A stretch of 64,000 nucleotides of DNA. Source: Acidimicrobiales bacterium (lineage in GTDB: Bacteria > Actinomycetota > Acidimicrobiia > Acidimicrobiales > GCA-2861595). The stretch lies in NCBI GenBank assembly GCA_035536185.1, contig DATLOM010000018.1, positions 7,865 through 71,864 of the forward strand, given 5' to 3'. Below the pieces are notes generated by a model. The model was not told where the DNA came from, made no database searches, and saw only the letters and a program-made list of their open reading frames with translations. Shown in pieces: positions 26,263-35,372 of the stretch. The translations under genes were made by a program, and so were the position numbers. Every line of letters starts with the position of its first letter. Position 1 is the stretch's first letter.

Positions 26263-28005
26263 ATGACCGACCCCTCGCCGCGTCCGGAGAGCGACCAGCC
26301 CGATCAGGTCGGGTTCACCCCCCAGTCGATGGTCCGCTGGCTGTCGCCCACCGAGCTGGCCCGGGCCGCCGTCCGGGTCGGGCTCTCGGCCATCTTCGGG
26401 GCCTACTCCGACAAACGGGAGATCCAGGCCGCCCTGCGGGAGTGCGTCTGCTTCGACTACAGCGACCGGAGCGAGCTGTGGGTCGACTTCGTGGCCGACC
26501 TGGGCGACGGGTTCGACTCGACCTACACCGTGGCCAGCCTGCTCGCCGCCGAGAAGCTCGACCTCGGTCCATCCAGCGGCGCGACCACGCCCACTCCGCG
26601 GGGCAAGGTGCTCATCATGGGCGGCGACCAGGTGTACCCGACCGCGTCGCGGGAGGCGTACGAGGACCGCATGCAAGGCCCCTATCGAGCGGCCCTGCCG
26701 TACACCAGGGACGACCACCCCAACCTGTTCGCCATCCCGGGCAACCACGACTGGTACGACGGCCTCACCTCGTTCATCCGCGTCTTCTGCCAGCAGCACT
26801 GGTTGGGCGGATGGTGCACACGCCAGACACGCAGCTACTTCGCGCTGCAGCTCCCCCATCGGTGGTGGCTGCTGGGCATCGACATGCAGTTCGACGCCTA
26901 CATCGACGACCCCCAGCTCCGGTTCTTCACCGAGGAGGTTCGCCCGAACCTGCGGCCCGGTGACGCGGTGATCCTCTGCACGGGACAGCCGAACTGGGTG
27001 GCGGCGAATGTGAAGGACCCCGAGGCCTTCCGCAACCTCGACTACTTCGAGCGCAAGGTGATACCCGAGGGCGTGCAACTACGCGTCAGCCTCAGCGGCG
27101 ACACCCACCATTACGCCCACTACGCCAGCGAGGACGGCACCCGCCACGCTTTCACAGCCGGCGGCGGCGGCGCCTACCTGGCCGCCACCCACCGCCTGCC
27201 GACCCGCTTGGAGGTCCCGCCCAGGCACTCCAAGGACCCGGGGAGATCGTCGCCTCGCCAGTACGGCCTCGTCTCCACCTTCCCCGACCGCGCCCGCTCG
27301 CGCCGGCTGCGCTGGGGCGTCGTGCGGCTTCCCCTGCTCAACCCGGGCTTCTGGGCCCTGCTCGGCGCCGTACACGTTCTCTACGGCTGGATGGTCCATG
27401 GCGCGGTGCGGGTCCCCGGTCAGCCCTTCGACGCCGTCATGGCCGGCCTGTCGTTCAACGAGACGCTCGCCGGGGTGGGGCGCAGCCCGCTGGCCCTGCT
27501 CCTGAGCGTTCTGGTGGCAGCCGGCCTGGCCGGCTTCACCAAGGCCACCAGACCGGCCAAGAGGTGGCTCGTGGGCCTGACCCATGCCGCCGCCCACCTC
27601 CTACTCGTCGTCGCCGTGCTGAGGGCCTCCAGCGCCCTGCTGGGGCCTGTGCACGGAGAGGCTTTCGTCGTGGCCTTCGTCGCCGTGGTGGCCGTCGCCG
27701 GCGGCCTGCTGGCGAGCCTGCTCATGGCGGGTTACCTGATCGTGGCCGACGCCCTCGGCTGCAACACCAACGAACTGTTCGCGGCCCAGCGCATAGAGGA
27801 CTGGAAGAACTTCCTGCGCCTGCACGTGGACGAGTCCGGGACCCTCACCATCTACCCCGTCGGTGTCGAGAGGGCGGGCCGGGGGTGGAAGTTCCGCCGG
27901 GATGCCGGCGGTGAGGGCGCGTGGTTCCACGCCGATCCGCCACCCAAGGCGGCGCTCATCGAAGCGCCCGTGGTAGTGGGCACCGCCGGTTCCTGCCCAG
28001 CCTGA
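26263..28005 (+). CDS. Calcineurin-like metallophosphoesterase with a C-terminal multi-TM region
   Basis: Has the blocks LIMGGDQVYP, FAIPGNHDWYDGL and SGDTHHYAHY. C-terminal hydrophobic segments include FWALLGAVHVLYGWMV, LALLLSVLVAAGLAGF and HLLLVVAVL. ATG 26263 lies just after the previous stop. Confidence 0.8.
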   Translation: MTDPSPRPESDQPDQVGFTPQSMVRWLSPTELARAAVRVGLSAIFGAYSDKREIQAALRECVCFDYSDRSELWVDFVADLGDGFDSTYTVASLLAAEKLDLGPSSGATTPTPRGKVLIMGGDQVYPTASREAYEDRMQGPYRAALPYTRDDHPNLFAIPGNHDWYDGLTSFIRVFCQQHWLGGWCTRQTRSYFALQLPHRWWLLGIDMQFDAYIDDPQLRFFTEEVRPNLRPGDAVILCTGQPNWVAANVKDPEAFRNLDYFERKVIPEGVQLRVSLSGDTHHYAHYASEDGTRHAFTAGGGGAYLAATHRLPTRLEVPPRHSKDPGRSSPRQYGLVSTFPDRARSRRLRWGVVRLPLLNPGFWALLGAVHVLYGWMVHGAVRVPGQPFDAVMAGLSFNETLAGVGRSPLALLLSVLVAAGLAGFTKATRPAKRWLVGLTHAAAHLLLVVAVLRASSALLGPVHGEAFVVAFVAVVAVAGGLLASLLMAGYLIVADALGCNTNELFAAQRIEDWKNFLRLHVDESGTLTIYPVGVERAGRGWKFRRDAGGEGAWFHADPPPKAALIEAPVVVGTAGSCPA

Positions 28006-28018
28006 ACGGCGAGAGGCC

Positions 28019-29437
28019 TCAGCGGTCCCGGAGAAAACCCACCATGAGGTTCGCCGCCCGCGCCCGGTCGCGCAGGTCGTGGGCGCCCGATGGTTCGAAG
28101 GCCACAACGGCGCGAATGGCGTCCCGGCACCCGATCCTCCCGGAACCGTGCTCGCCCACGGGAGCCCCGCGCGACGGCCGCACGGCGAGTGACACCCGAG
28201 ACGCGTCCCGCCACCGCCCGCGGCCACGCCGGAGGGACCAGCCCAGCTCGAACACCGGTTCATCCTCTTCGACCCGCACCGCGGCCGAGACGGAGAACCG
28301 CTTCACGCCGTCGCCATCGTTGCCGACGCGGAGAGTCGCGTCGACGAAAGGCCGGTAGCCCCACCTCGGGTGGTCGATGCCTCCCACCACTGAAGCCGTG
28401 GCCACCGGGTCGTGGGCGAAGCGGCCGATGTCGGTGACCTCCACCACGAATGACACCGTCACAGCCTCGGGTGGAAGGTCCTGGTCCAGTGGCACCTTCC
28501 CCTGCATCCGGAGCACGACGCGCGCGCCGAGGGGCGGCACCGCCATCCTGGTGGCCGTTCCGTCCAGTGCGGTCCCTTCCTCGGTGCGGGCCCGGACGTA
28601 GCGCCAGGCGTCGCGGTAGCCCATGGCCACGAGGGTCTCGGCGGTGATGCGGCCGGTCACGAAGTCAGGGTCCAGGGGGAGGGGCAGATCGGGCTTGACG
28701 ACGTGCACGACGGCCTCTTCGGTGGAGCCGAACACCGCCTCCCCGCGCCGGCGCCGTTCGTTGATGTCGGCAATCTGCTCGAGCTCGCCGATCAGCGCAG
28801 AGTTGGCGCTCAGTTCGATCATGTGGACGTATTGCTCGAGCGGCCCGTTGCCCCAGTAGGGCGTGTTGCCGATGCACCACAGCAACCAGAGCTCGTTGCA
28901 CCCGCGTCGTACGGCCTCCATCAGGTTGGCGTCCTTGATCCACACCGCATCGGTCCAGGTGCGACCGCGAGCCGGTACGGCCGGCAGGAAGATCGGGAGC
29001 GACACGCCGGCCACCAGGCGGTCGATGTCGATGTCGTCGTTCGGGATGGCCACGCAGGTCTTGGCGTCGAAGTCGGCCACGTTGAAGGTCCCCGTCATGG
29101 CGGTCGCCGACCGGATCCTGTCCACTTCGATGCCGAGGTGAGGCAGCACGTGGTCGGTGATCCCCGAGGCGCTGCCGAAGGCAGGCCAGCTCGTCGGGAG
29201 CCGTAGGTACTGGCGCAGAGGCAGGAACGACACGAACCGGCGGACCGGCAGGCTGCGCCACCTGTCGCCGAGCGCCGCCGGCTCTACCCCGGACAGCAGC
29301 ATCCCGAGGGTGAAGATGCCACCCGACGTCCCGTCGCCGTGGTCGAACCGCAGCCCGGCCTCGTCCAGGGCCTGGACTGCCCCCGCCTGCCAGGCCACCC
29401 GGATCCCGCCGCCGGCCAGGATCAGCGCCCGCTTCAC
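28019..29437 (-). CDS. Patatin-like phospholipase with a C-terminal ~180-aa domain
   Basis: Has the oxyanion loop ILAGGGIRVAWQAG, the nucleophile GTSGG and a catalytic Asp region WTDAVW. The C-terminal domain reads VSFVVEVTDIGRFAHDP...RWRDASRVSLAV. Confidence 0.85.
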   Translation of the reverse strand: MKRALILAGGGIRVAWQAGAVQALDEAGLRFDHGDGTSGGIFTLGMLLSGVEPAALGDRWRSLPVRRFVSFLPLRQYLRLPTSWPAFGSASGITDHVLPHLGIEVDRIRSATAMTGTFNVADFDAKTCVAIPNDDIDIDRLVAGVSLPIFLPAVPARGRTWTDAVWIKDANLMEAVRRGCNELWLLWCIGNTPYWGNGPLEQYVHMIELSANSALIGELEQIADINERRRRGEAVFGSTEEAVVHVVKPDLPLPLDPDFVTGRITAETLVAMGYRDAWRYVRARTEEGTALDGTATRMAVPPLGARVVLRMQGKVPLDQDLPPEAVTVSFVVEVTDIGRFAHDPVATASVVGGIDHPRWGYRPFVDATLRVGNDGDGVKRFSVSAAVRVEEDEPVFELGWSLRRGRGRWRDASRVSLAVRPSRGAPVGEHGSGRIGCRDAIRAVVAFEPSGAHDLRDRARAANLMVGFLRDR

Positions 29438-29468
29438 GAGAGCTCCCGCCCCTGCGACGACTTCCGGC

Positions 29469-29897
29469 TCAACGGCGGCGCATGATGCGCAGGAGCAGGG
29501 CGGCGGAGGCCGCGTCGACCGCGGCGACGGCCCACGCCTGCTTCCCCAGCCGCCGGGAGAGGATGCCGCCGCTCAGCATGGCCGCAGCACCCGTCTTCGC
29601 CGCCAGCGCCCACCGCAAGCCGACCGCCGGCGGCTCGGGAGCCCGGCACACCTCGACCATCTGGCCACCGGAGACGGCCATGAACATGCCGATGACCCGG
29701 AAGAAGAACGGAGCCGGGTCGGTGCGGCCGGCGCCGAGAAGGCGTAGGGCGAGACGGGGCATGACCATCAAGGCCAGGCCCGACGCCGCCGTCCCCGCGC
29801 CCACGGCAACGGCCAGCCCGAACGTGCGGCCTCCACCGGATGGTTCAACCGGCCCGGCACCGCCACCGGCACCGGCGCCGGCGGCCGACGCCGTCAT
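29469..29897 (-). CDS. Small hypothetical membrane protein
   Basis: Its ATG at 29897 overlaps the stop of the upstream ADC-family gene (ATGA). Hydrophobic segments are FGLAVAVGAGTAASGLALMVM, FFFRVIGMFMAVSGG and WAVAAVDAASAALLL. Confidence 0.55.
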   Translation of the reverse strand: MTASAAGAGAGGGAGPVEPSGGGRTFGLAVAVGAGTAASGLALMVMPRLALRLLGAGRTDPAPFFFRVIGMFMAVSGGQMVEVCRAPEPPAVGLRWALAAKTGAAAMLSGGILSRRLGKQAWAVAAVDAASAALLLRIMRRR

Positions 29898-30838
29898 CGG
29901 TCCCCTCCCGGGACGCGGCCTGAGCTGGTGGGCGGGGGGAGCCATTCCTCCGAGCGAGGAAGCCCGATGACGCTCTCCAGCCCTTCGGGCGGGTTGTCCG
30001 GGTCCGGCGGGTCCTCCGAGGTGATGAACCACGCTTCCAAGTGGTCGTCGAGCACCCCGGCGGAGTGCGGGAGGCAAGCGGTGAAGAGCGGCCTGGTCCC
30101 GATCCCGAGTGTGCGCAGGGGGTCCATCCGCGGGTGGTCGCCGAGGAGGATCTCGGCCTTGGCGAACGGGGCCACAGCGCCCTGGACCTTGTCGGAGACG
30201 TAGATCGACGACTTCATCAGCATCCCTCTGAAGGCGCACCAGTTGACGGCGCCCACGTGCTTCAGCGGGACCTTGGGGCCCCTCGGCCGCTGGACCGTGA
30301 CCCGCATGCAGAGCCGACCGTCGAGGTCGTACTGGCTCGACATCGAACGGTCGTCGACCTGGAAGTCGAGACTGGCCTGGTGCTTGGGCATCCCCCAGAT
30401 CCCCTTACCGCCCTTGACCGACACCAGCGAGCTGACCGGGAGGTCCCAGACGTACTGCCCCGTGCCGTTGCTACGCATACGCACCAGCGCCGAGAGCAAC
30501 GAGGCAGGCCGCGGCCCGTGGGTGCACGCGAGGGCGATGCTGTACTCGATGTACCGGCCGATGTCGGTGGTGCGGTAGTCGATGACGGTGACGACGAGCA
30601 GGCCCCGCCGGTTCGGGAGCCGTATGGCGTGAACCTCGTTGCCGGGCAGCAACGCCTGAGCGGCGTCCCCGTCGACGGTGAAGGCGGTCATGAGGGCCGG
30701 CGAATCCTCGGAGTTGACCGGCAGCGAGAAGGGGATCCCGTCGACCAGCGCATGGCGGCCCCATTGGCGTTCCTGGCGGCGAGGAAGGCTCACGATTCGG
30801 GACGATACTCTCGCGGCCGCGGATGTGGGAGGGTGCAC
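29894..30838 (-). CDS. Acetoacetate decarboxylase (ADC)-family protein
   Basis: Reads LLVVTVIDYRTTDIGRYIEYSIALA...QYVWDLPVSSLVSVKGGKGIWGMPKH, which resembles the ADC beta-cone family. The start is uncertain; the N-terminal ~20 codons may be an extension. Confidence 0.65.
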   Translation of the reverse strand: MHPPTSAAARVSSRIVSLPRRQERQWGRHALVDGIPFSLPVNSEDSPALMTAFTVDGDAAQALLPGNEVHAIRLPNRRGLLVVTVIDYRTTDIGRYIEYSIALACTHGPRPASLLSALVRMRSNGTGQYVWDLPVSSLVSVKGGKGIWGMPKHQASLDFQVDDRSMSSQYDLDGRLCMRVTVQRPRGPKVPLKHVGAVNWCAFRGMLMKSSIYVSDKVQGAVAPFAKAEILLGDHPRMDPLRTLGIGTRPLFTACLPHSAGVLDDHLEAWFITSEDPPDPDNPPEGLESVIGLPRSEEWLPPPTSSGRVPGGDR

Positions 30839-30870
30839 GCGTCGAAGCGTTGACGACGAAGGAGAGCGGC

Positions 30871-31350
30871 ATGAGGCAGACCCTTTTGACCATCAACCAC
30901 GTCTGGTACTTCGCCGGCGCCACCTTCTACGTAGGGGTCCTCACCACGCTCCGGCTCTTCCTGTACCCGAGTTGGAACGCCATCCGGCCCGACACGACCC
31001 GCGACCACTTCACAGCTCCCACCGAGGCCGCCACCAAGGTGTTCCTCGTAGCCATTCCGACCTGGATGTTCACCGGCATCGTCATGATCGCCACGGAGTG
31101 GGGCGAGCCGTTGTTGTGGACGGCGGTGCTCGCCTTCCTCGGCCTGCTGACCACCACGTGTGTCGGCTGGTTCGGCATCCAGCCGATCAACCGGGAGATC
31201 AAAGCCGGCGTGCGCGACGGGGCCCGGCTGACCGAGCTGCTGGTCAGGTGGATGAAGATAAACGACCTGAGGTTGGCCGCCGTCCTCGTCATGTGGGGAG
31301 CGTTGTGCTGGTACTTCGTCGCCAAGGGCGACCTGCCTGCCGCGCTCTGA
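30871..31350 (+). CDS. DUF1772 (anthrone-oxygenase-like) membrane protein
   Basis: ATG is preceded by AAGGAGAG. It has four hydrophobic segments and the block GWFGIQPINREI...WMKINDLRLAAVLVMWGALCWYF, typical of DUF1772. Confidence 0.65.
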   Translation: MRQTLLTINHVWYFAGATFYVGVLTTLRLFLYPSWNAIRPDTTRDHFTAPTEAATKVFLVAIPTWMFTGIVMIATEWGEPLLWTAVLAFLGLLTTTCVGWFGIQPINREIKAGVRDGARLTELLVRWMKINDLRLAAVLVMWGALCWYFVAKGDLPAAL

Positions 31351-32390
31351 TGGCGACGCCTCGTCACCAGGAAGAGACCTTCTCTTTCGCCACAGCAGAC
31401 GGCCGAACGGCCAACGTGGTCCACGTCGTCGGTGAACGTCCGGCCGTCAAGGGGCCGGTGCTGCTCGTCCACGGAGCGGGCGTGCGATCCAACATCTTCC
31501 GGGCGCCGGTGACGACCAACCTCGTCGACGACCTCATCGACCACGGGTGGGACGTCTGGCTGGAGAACTGGCGGGCCAGCACCGACTTCGAGCCTTCGGA
31601 GTGGACCCTCGACCAGGCCGCCGTCCACGACCATCCGGGGGCGGTCGACACCGTCGTCGAGCAGACGGGCGCCGACACGGTGAAGGCGGTGATCCACTGC
31701 CAGGGCTCGACCAGCTTCATGATGGCGTCCGTCGCGGGGCTGCTCCCCAGGGTGGACACCGTCGTGTCCAACGCCGTCGCCCTCCACCCGGTCGTGCCCC
31801 CCCTCGCCAACTGGAAGCTCCGGCTCAGCACGCCGGTCGTGCGTCGGCTCACCCGCTACCTCGATCCCCGCTGGGACGTCGACGACGCGCCGGCGTTGGT
31901 GGGCCGCCTCATCGCGCTGTGGGTGCGCCTGGTCCATCACGAATGCGACAACCAGGTCTGCAAGATGGTCAGCTTCACCTACGGAGCCGGCAGCCCGACG
32001 CTGTGGTCCCACGCCAACCTCAACGACGAGACCCACGAGTGGTTGCGGGGTGAGTTCGGCCACGTCCCACTGTCGTTCTTCCGCCAGATCGCCCGCTCTG
32101 TCCGTGCGGGTCACCTGGTGTCGGTGGAGGGAATGCGTGAGCTACCCGAGAGCTTTGTCGCCCAACCACCACAGACCGATGCCCGCTTCGCGTTCCTCTC
32201 GGGAGCGCGGAACGTCTGCTTCACGCCCGAAGGGCAACAGCGGACGTTCGAGTTCTTCGAAGAGCACGACCCCGGGCGCCACAGCATCCGCATCCTGCCG
32301 GGCTACGGCCACCTCGACGTCTTCATGGGCCACCGGGCGGCCCGAGACGTCTTCCCGCTCATCCGCGAGGAGCTCGACCGGGCTGGTTGA
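31350..32390 (+). CDS. Alpha/beta hydrolase
   Basis: Its start overlaps the previous stop (TGATG). Reads GPVLLVHGAGVRSNIF, has the nucleophile region VIHCQGSTSFMMA, and a late GYGHLDVFMG (His). Only the part of track ORF 30678-32390 from 31350 onward is coding. Confidence 0.75.
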   Translation: MATPRHQEETFSFATADGRTANVVHVVGERPAVKGPVLLVHGAGVRSNIFRAPVTTNLVDDLIDHGWDVWLENWRASTDFEPSEWTLDQAAVHDHPGAVDTVVEQTGADTVKAVIHCQGSTSFMMASVAGLLPRVDTVVSNAVALHPVVPPLANWKLRLSTPVVRRLTRYLDPRWDVDDAPALVGRLIALWVRLVHHECDNQVCKMVSFTYGAGSPTLWSHANLNDETHEWLRGEFGHVPLSFFRQIARSVRAGHLVSVEGMRELPESFVAQPPQTDARFAFLSGARNVCFTPEGQQRTFEFFEEHDPGRHSIRILPGYGHLDVFMGHRAARDVFPLIREELDRAG

Positions 32391-32418
32391 AAGCCCGCTG
32401 GGCCTGGTCCGGCGGGCG

Positions 32419-32676
32419 TCAGTGCCCGCCGCCGAAAGCGAGGGCCGCTACGACGTCCATGGGTTCGAGCTCGCGCAACGGCCGCTCGATGTGGAAGGCG
32501 AACGGCTCCTCCCCCGGCGTGGTGACGAGCACGGCGGTGACGACCGGCGAGCAGCGGGGGTCGGTGCCGGGCTTCTCGCCGATCTCCACCGTGGCGTCGT
32601 CGCCGAGGTGAAGCTCGTCGCGGACCCACGCCTCCAGCTCGGATGCGCTCGTACCGTCCTGTTCGCCTACCGCCAT
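32419..32676 (-). CDS. Small hypothetical protein (85 aa)
   Basis: Reads MAVGEQDGTSASELEAWVRDELHLGDDATVEIGEKPGTDPRCSPVVTAVLVTTPGEEPFAFHIERPLRELEPMDVVAALAFGGGH. Good GC3. No family recognised. Confidence 0.45.
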   Translation of the reverse strand: MAVGEQDGTSASELEAWVRDELHLGDDATVEIGEKPGTDPRCSPVVTAVLVTTPGEEPFAFHIERPLRELEPMDVVAALAFGGGH

Positions 32677-32837
32677 GGCGCTTCCTCCTGGCCGCCACAG
32701 TACCGGCCACTGGCGAACGGCCAGGCCGTGCGCACTGGGCGAAGCGTCGAGTCCGAGTCGTGGGGTGGGCCCGCAGTGCCAGCCGCGGGTGCCAGGCCGG
32801 CCAGCGCCACCGGCCGGCCCTCCACCCAACAGGGCCT

Positions 32838-33261
32838 CTACGGCCGAGCTTCGAACACCCGGTTGAAAGGAGTCTCAGTGGCCCGCCGGAACCGGCTGAA
32901 GCCCGCTTCGGCAAGGAGCTCGCGCCAAGTGGATTCGGGCACCAGGGGGCCGAGGACGTAGCGCCCACCCTCGGACTTGGCGTGGGGCACGCACAGGAAG
33001 GTGCCGCCCGCGTAGAAGAGCTTGCCCACCAGGTTGACGTTGTCCGTCACCGACTCGTGCACCACTCGCGCAGGTAGCGGGCGTCGTACGGGTCCGGGTG
33101 GCCAGCTCCTCGGCCGTGGCGGGGCCGTCGGCCAGAGCCTTGTACAACCCCAGCTTGTCGCCCAGGACCACGGTGGCGGCGTGGAAGGTGGTGGCGGCAT
33201 CCCCCGCCACCTGCCCCAGGAACTGCTCGACGGTCTGCTGATCGTTCTCGGTGATGGTCAT
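32838..33261 (-). pseudogene. Remnant of an Rv2258c-type wHTH-plus-class-I SAM methyltransferase (internal deletion and frameshifts)
   Basis: The N-terminal wHTH part MTITENDQQTVEQFLGQVAGDAATTFHAATVVLGDKLGLYKALADGPATAEELATRT is in one frame. DARYLREW is in a second frame. The extreme C-terminus NLVGKLFYAGGTFLCVPHAKS...AGFSRFRRATETPFNRVFEARP is in a third frame. The whole SAM-binding core (about 200 aa in full-length relatives) is missing, since only ~420 bp remain. Confidence 0.7.
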
Positions 33262-33320
33262 GGCTCTCTCCTTTGGTAGGTGGATCGGCCAGCAGTGTCT
33301 GCCTGCCGCCCTGCAGATCC

Positions 33321-33370
33321 CCTGCAGTCGGCAGAGCCACGGCTTGCAGTGCTTCTGCAGGGCAGATGTC
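33321..33370. promoter_or_regulatory. Phased (C/T)TGCAG motif array in an intergenic region
   Basis: CTGCAG occurs at 33321, 33332 and 33365, and TTGCAG at 33354. Spacings are 11, 22 and 11 bp. The outer pair forms an imperfect inverted repeat (GCCCTGCAG ... CTGCAGGGC). It lies between the methyltransferase remnant and the kinase gene. Confidence 0.25.
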
Positions 33371-33460
33371 GCAAACTGGTCACATGCATCGTCCAGGACC
33401 GGTTCTTCTGCGGCGGGCGCTGGAACGCCACCCGCCTAGCGGCCATGGCAAAGGCGGGCA

Positions 33461-34576
33461 ATGCTGGCTGAGGTGAACAATCCCCTCGCCACCCGGGTTG
33501 AACGTGCAGAGGGTGGCCGGCGTTGGGGCGGGGGAGGGTCACGTTCCGGAGGAGCCACGACGGCGGCCACCCGAGAGGTCCGGCAGGTGGCCGAGTCGGT
33601 AGGGGAGCTGCTTGCCGGCGCTGAACGTAGGGAGCCGTTCACGCCGCTGGAGACCCGGTCGGGTGTCGCATTCGAAAAGGTGTGGATCGACCGGCAGCCG
33701 TTCGTCGTGAAGTACGTCCACCTCGACGACGACTTCACCATGAGGGCGTCCGGCGACCTGGCCTGCCGCCCGCTGCGGGCATGGGCGGCCGGACTGTTCG
33801 ACGTCGCCCCCCACGCCATCGATCACGCCGTGGTGGGTGCGGCCGGCGGTGTCGGCAGGAAGGGCTCGGGTTGCGCCTTCCTGATGCGGGACGTCTCGCC
33901 GTACCTGGTGCCTCCGGGTGACGACCCGTTCCCCGAGGATCAACACGAAAGGTTCCTCGACCACCTCGCGGCGATGTGCGCCTCCAGGTGGGGCTGGCGG
34001 GACGACGTCGGGATGATGCCCTACGGGGCCCGGTGGGGGTTCTTCGGTGCAGCCGCCATCGAAGGGGAGCGCCAGCTGGGCTGGCCGGAACCCGTTCCCC
34101 GTATCGCCTCGGGTGGCTGGCAGCGCTTCGGCGCCCTCGCGCCGAAAGCGGTGACCGCCGGCGTGCGGGAGTTGCTCCACGACGTGACACCACTCTCGGG
34201 CGCCCTCCGCAGCACCCCGTCGTGCTTCCTGCACGGCGACTGGAAGGCATCGAACCTCGGCACCGGTCCCGACGGCCGAACCGTGCTCATCGACTGGGTG
34301 TACCTGGGCGAGGGGCCGGCCTGCCACGAGATCGGCTGGTACCTGGCCCTCAACCGGTCGAAGCTCCCGCCTGGCCACACCAAGGAGCGGGCCATCGAGG
34401 ACTTCCGCGCCGCCCTGGAGCGCCATGGCGTCCCCACTTACGGATGGTGGGACCGCCAGCTCCATCTGGCCCTGCTCGGCACCCTCGTCCAGTTCGGCTG
34501 GGAGAAGGCGCTGGGCGACGAGCAGGAGCTGGCCTGGTGGTGCGACGCCGCGGCCCAGGGCCTGGAGCTCCTGTGA
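33461..34576 (+). CDS. Phosphotransferase-family kinase (APH/choline-kinase-like fold)
   Basis: The catalytic loop is FLHGDWKASNLGTGPDGRTVLIDWVY (HGD...N...D). The start is uncertain because the N-terminal ~35 codons are Arg/Gly-rich. Confidence 0.75.
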   Translation: MLAEVNNPLATRVERAEGGRRWGGGGSRSGGATTAATREVRQVAESVGELLAGAERREPFTPLETRSGVAFEKVWIDRQPFVVKYVHLDDDFTMRASGDLACRPLRAWAAGLFDVAPHAIDHAVVGAAGGVGRKGSGCAFLMRDVSPYLVPPGDDPFPEDQHERFLDHLAAMCASRWGWRDDVGMMPYGARWGFFGAAAIEGERQLGWPEPVPRIASGGWQRFGALAPKAVTAGVRELLHDVTPLSGALRSTPSCFLHGDWKASNLGTGPDGRTVLIDWVYLGEGPACHEIGWYLALNRSKLPPGHTKERAIEDFRAALERHGVPTYGWWDRQLHLALLGTLVQFGWEKALGDEQELAWWCDAAAQGLELL

Positions 34577-35363
34577 CGTCGGCCGTCGCCGCCGCCTACG
34601 ACCGGACCGGAGCGGTCTGGCAGGCAGGGCCCGGGCTCATCTACGACAGGCTCGCCGAGGTGACGCTCGATCGCGGCGCCGTCGACCTTGCCGGTAGCCG
34701 CGTTCTCGACCTTGGCGCCGGCACCGGGGCCGGAGGCCGTGCCGCACAGGCCCGAGGCGCCGAGGTGTTCTCGCTCGATGCCGCCTTCGGGATGCTGGCG
34801 GCCGGCGCCTCCCACCGGCCCCCCGCCGTCGTGGGTGACGCCCTGGGGCTGCCGTTCCGAGCGGGGCCTTCGATGCGGTGGTCGCGGCCTTCTCGCTCAA
34901 CCATGTCGACCATCCGGTGGCCGCCCTGCGGGAGGCTGTTCGCGTTCTGCGACCGGGGGGGACGGTCCTGGCCACCACCTACGCCAGCGACGATTGCCAT
35001 CCGGTGAGGGATGTCGTCGAGGCCGCCGTAACTGCCGGCGGGTGGGAGCCGGAGCCGTGGTTCGACCGGGTGCGAAACGTCACCGCCACCCGCCTGGCCA
35101 CCGTGGAGCGGGCTTCAGACGCGGCGGCGGCGGCCGGGCTCGCGGGGGCCCACGTCGAGCACCTGAACGTCCCGTTCCCCGACCTAAGTCCGGAGCAGCT
35201 CGTCGCCTGGCGCATGGGCATGGCCCAGTACGCGACCTTTCTCGCCCGCCTCTCCCCCGGCGCACGCGCCGCACTGACCGCCGATGCCCTGGTCCACCTC
35301 GGGTCGGACCCGCCGCCGTTGGTGCGCTCGATCATCTTGTTGACCGCCCGCGCTCCGGAGTAG
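34573..35363 (+). pseudogene. Class I SAM-dependent methyltransferase interrupted by a 1-nt frameshift
   Basis: The GTG start overlaps the kinase stop (GTGA). In frame 1: VLDLGAGTGAGG ... VVGDALGLPFRAG. The sequence continues in another frame as AFDAVVAAFSLNHVDHPVAALREAVRVLRPGGTVLATTY. The shift sits at the G-run 34863-34866 (GCGGGGCC). It could be a sequencing error. Confidence 0.7.
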
Positions 35364-35372
35364 CCGTCCGGT

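Noticed and set aside
34855-34875. Programmed ribosomal frameshift at the G-run in the methyltransferase
   Set aside because: There is no slippery heptamer or downstream structure, and no precedent for this family. A simple indel (a mutation or a sequencing error) is more parsimonious.
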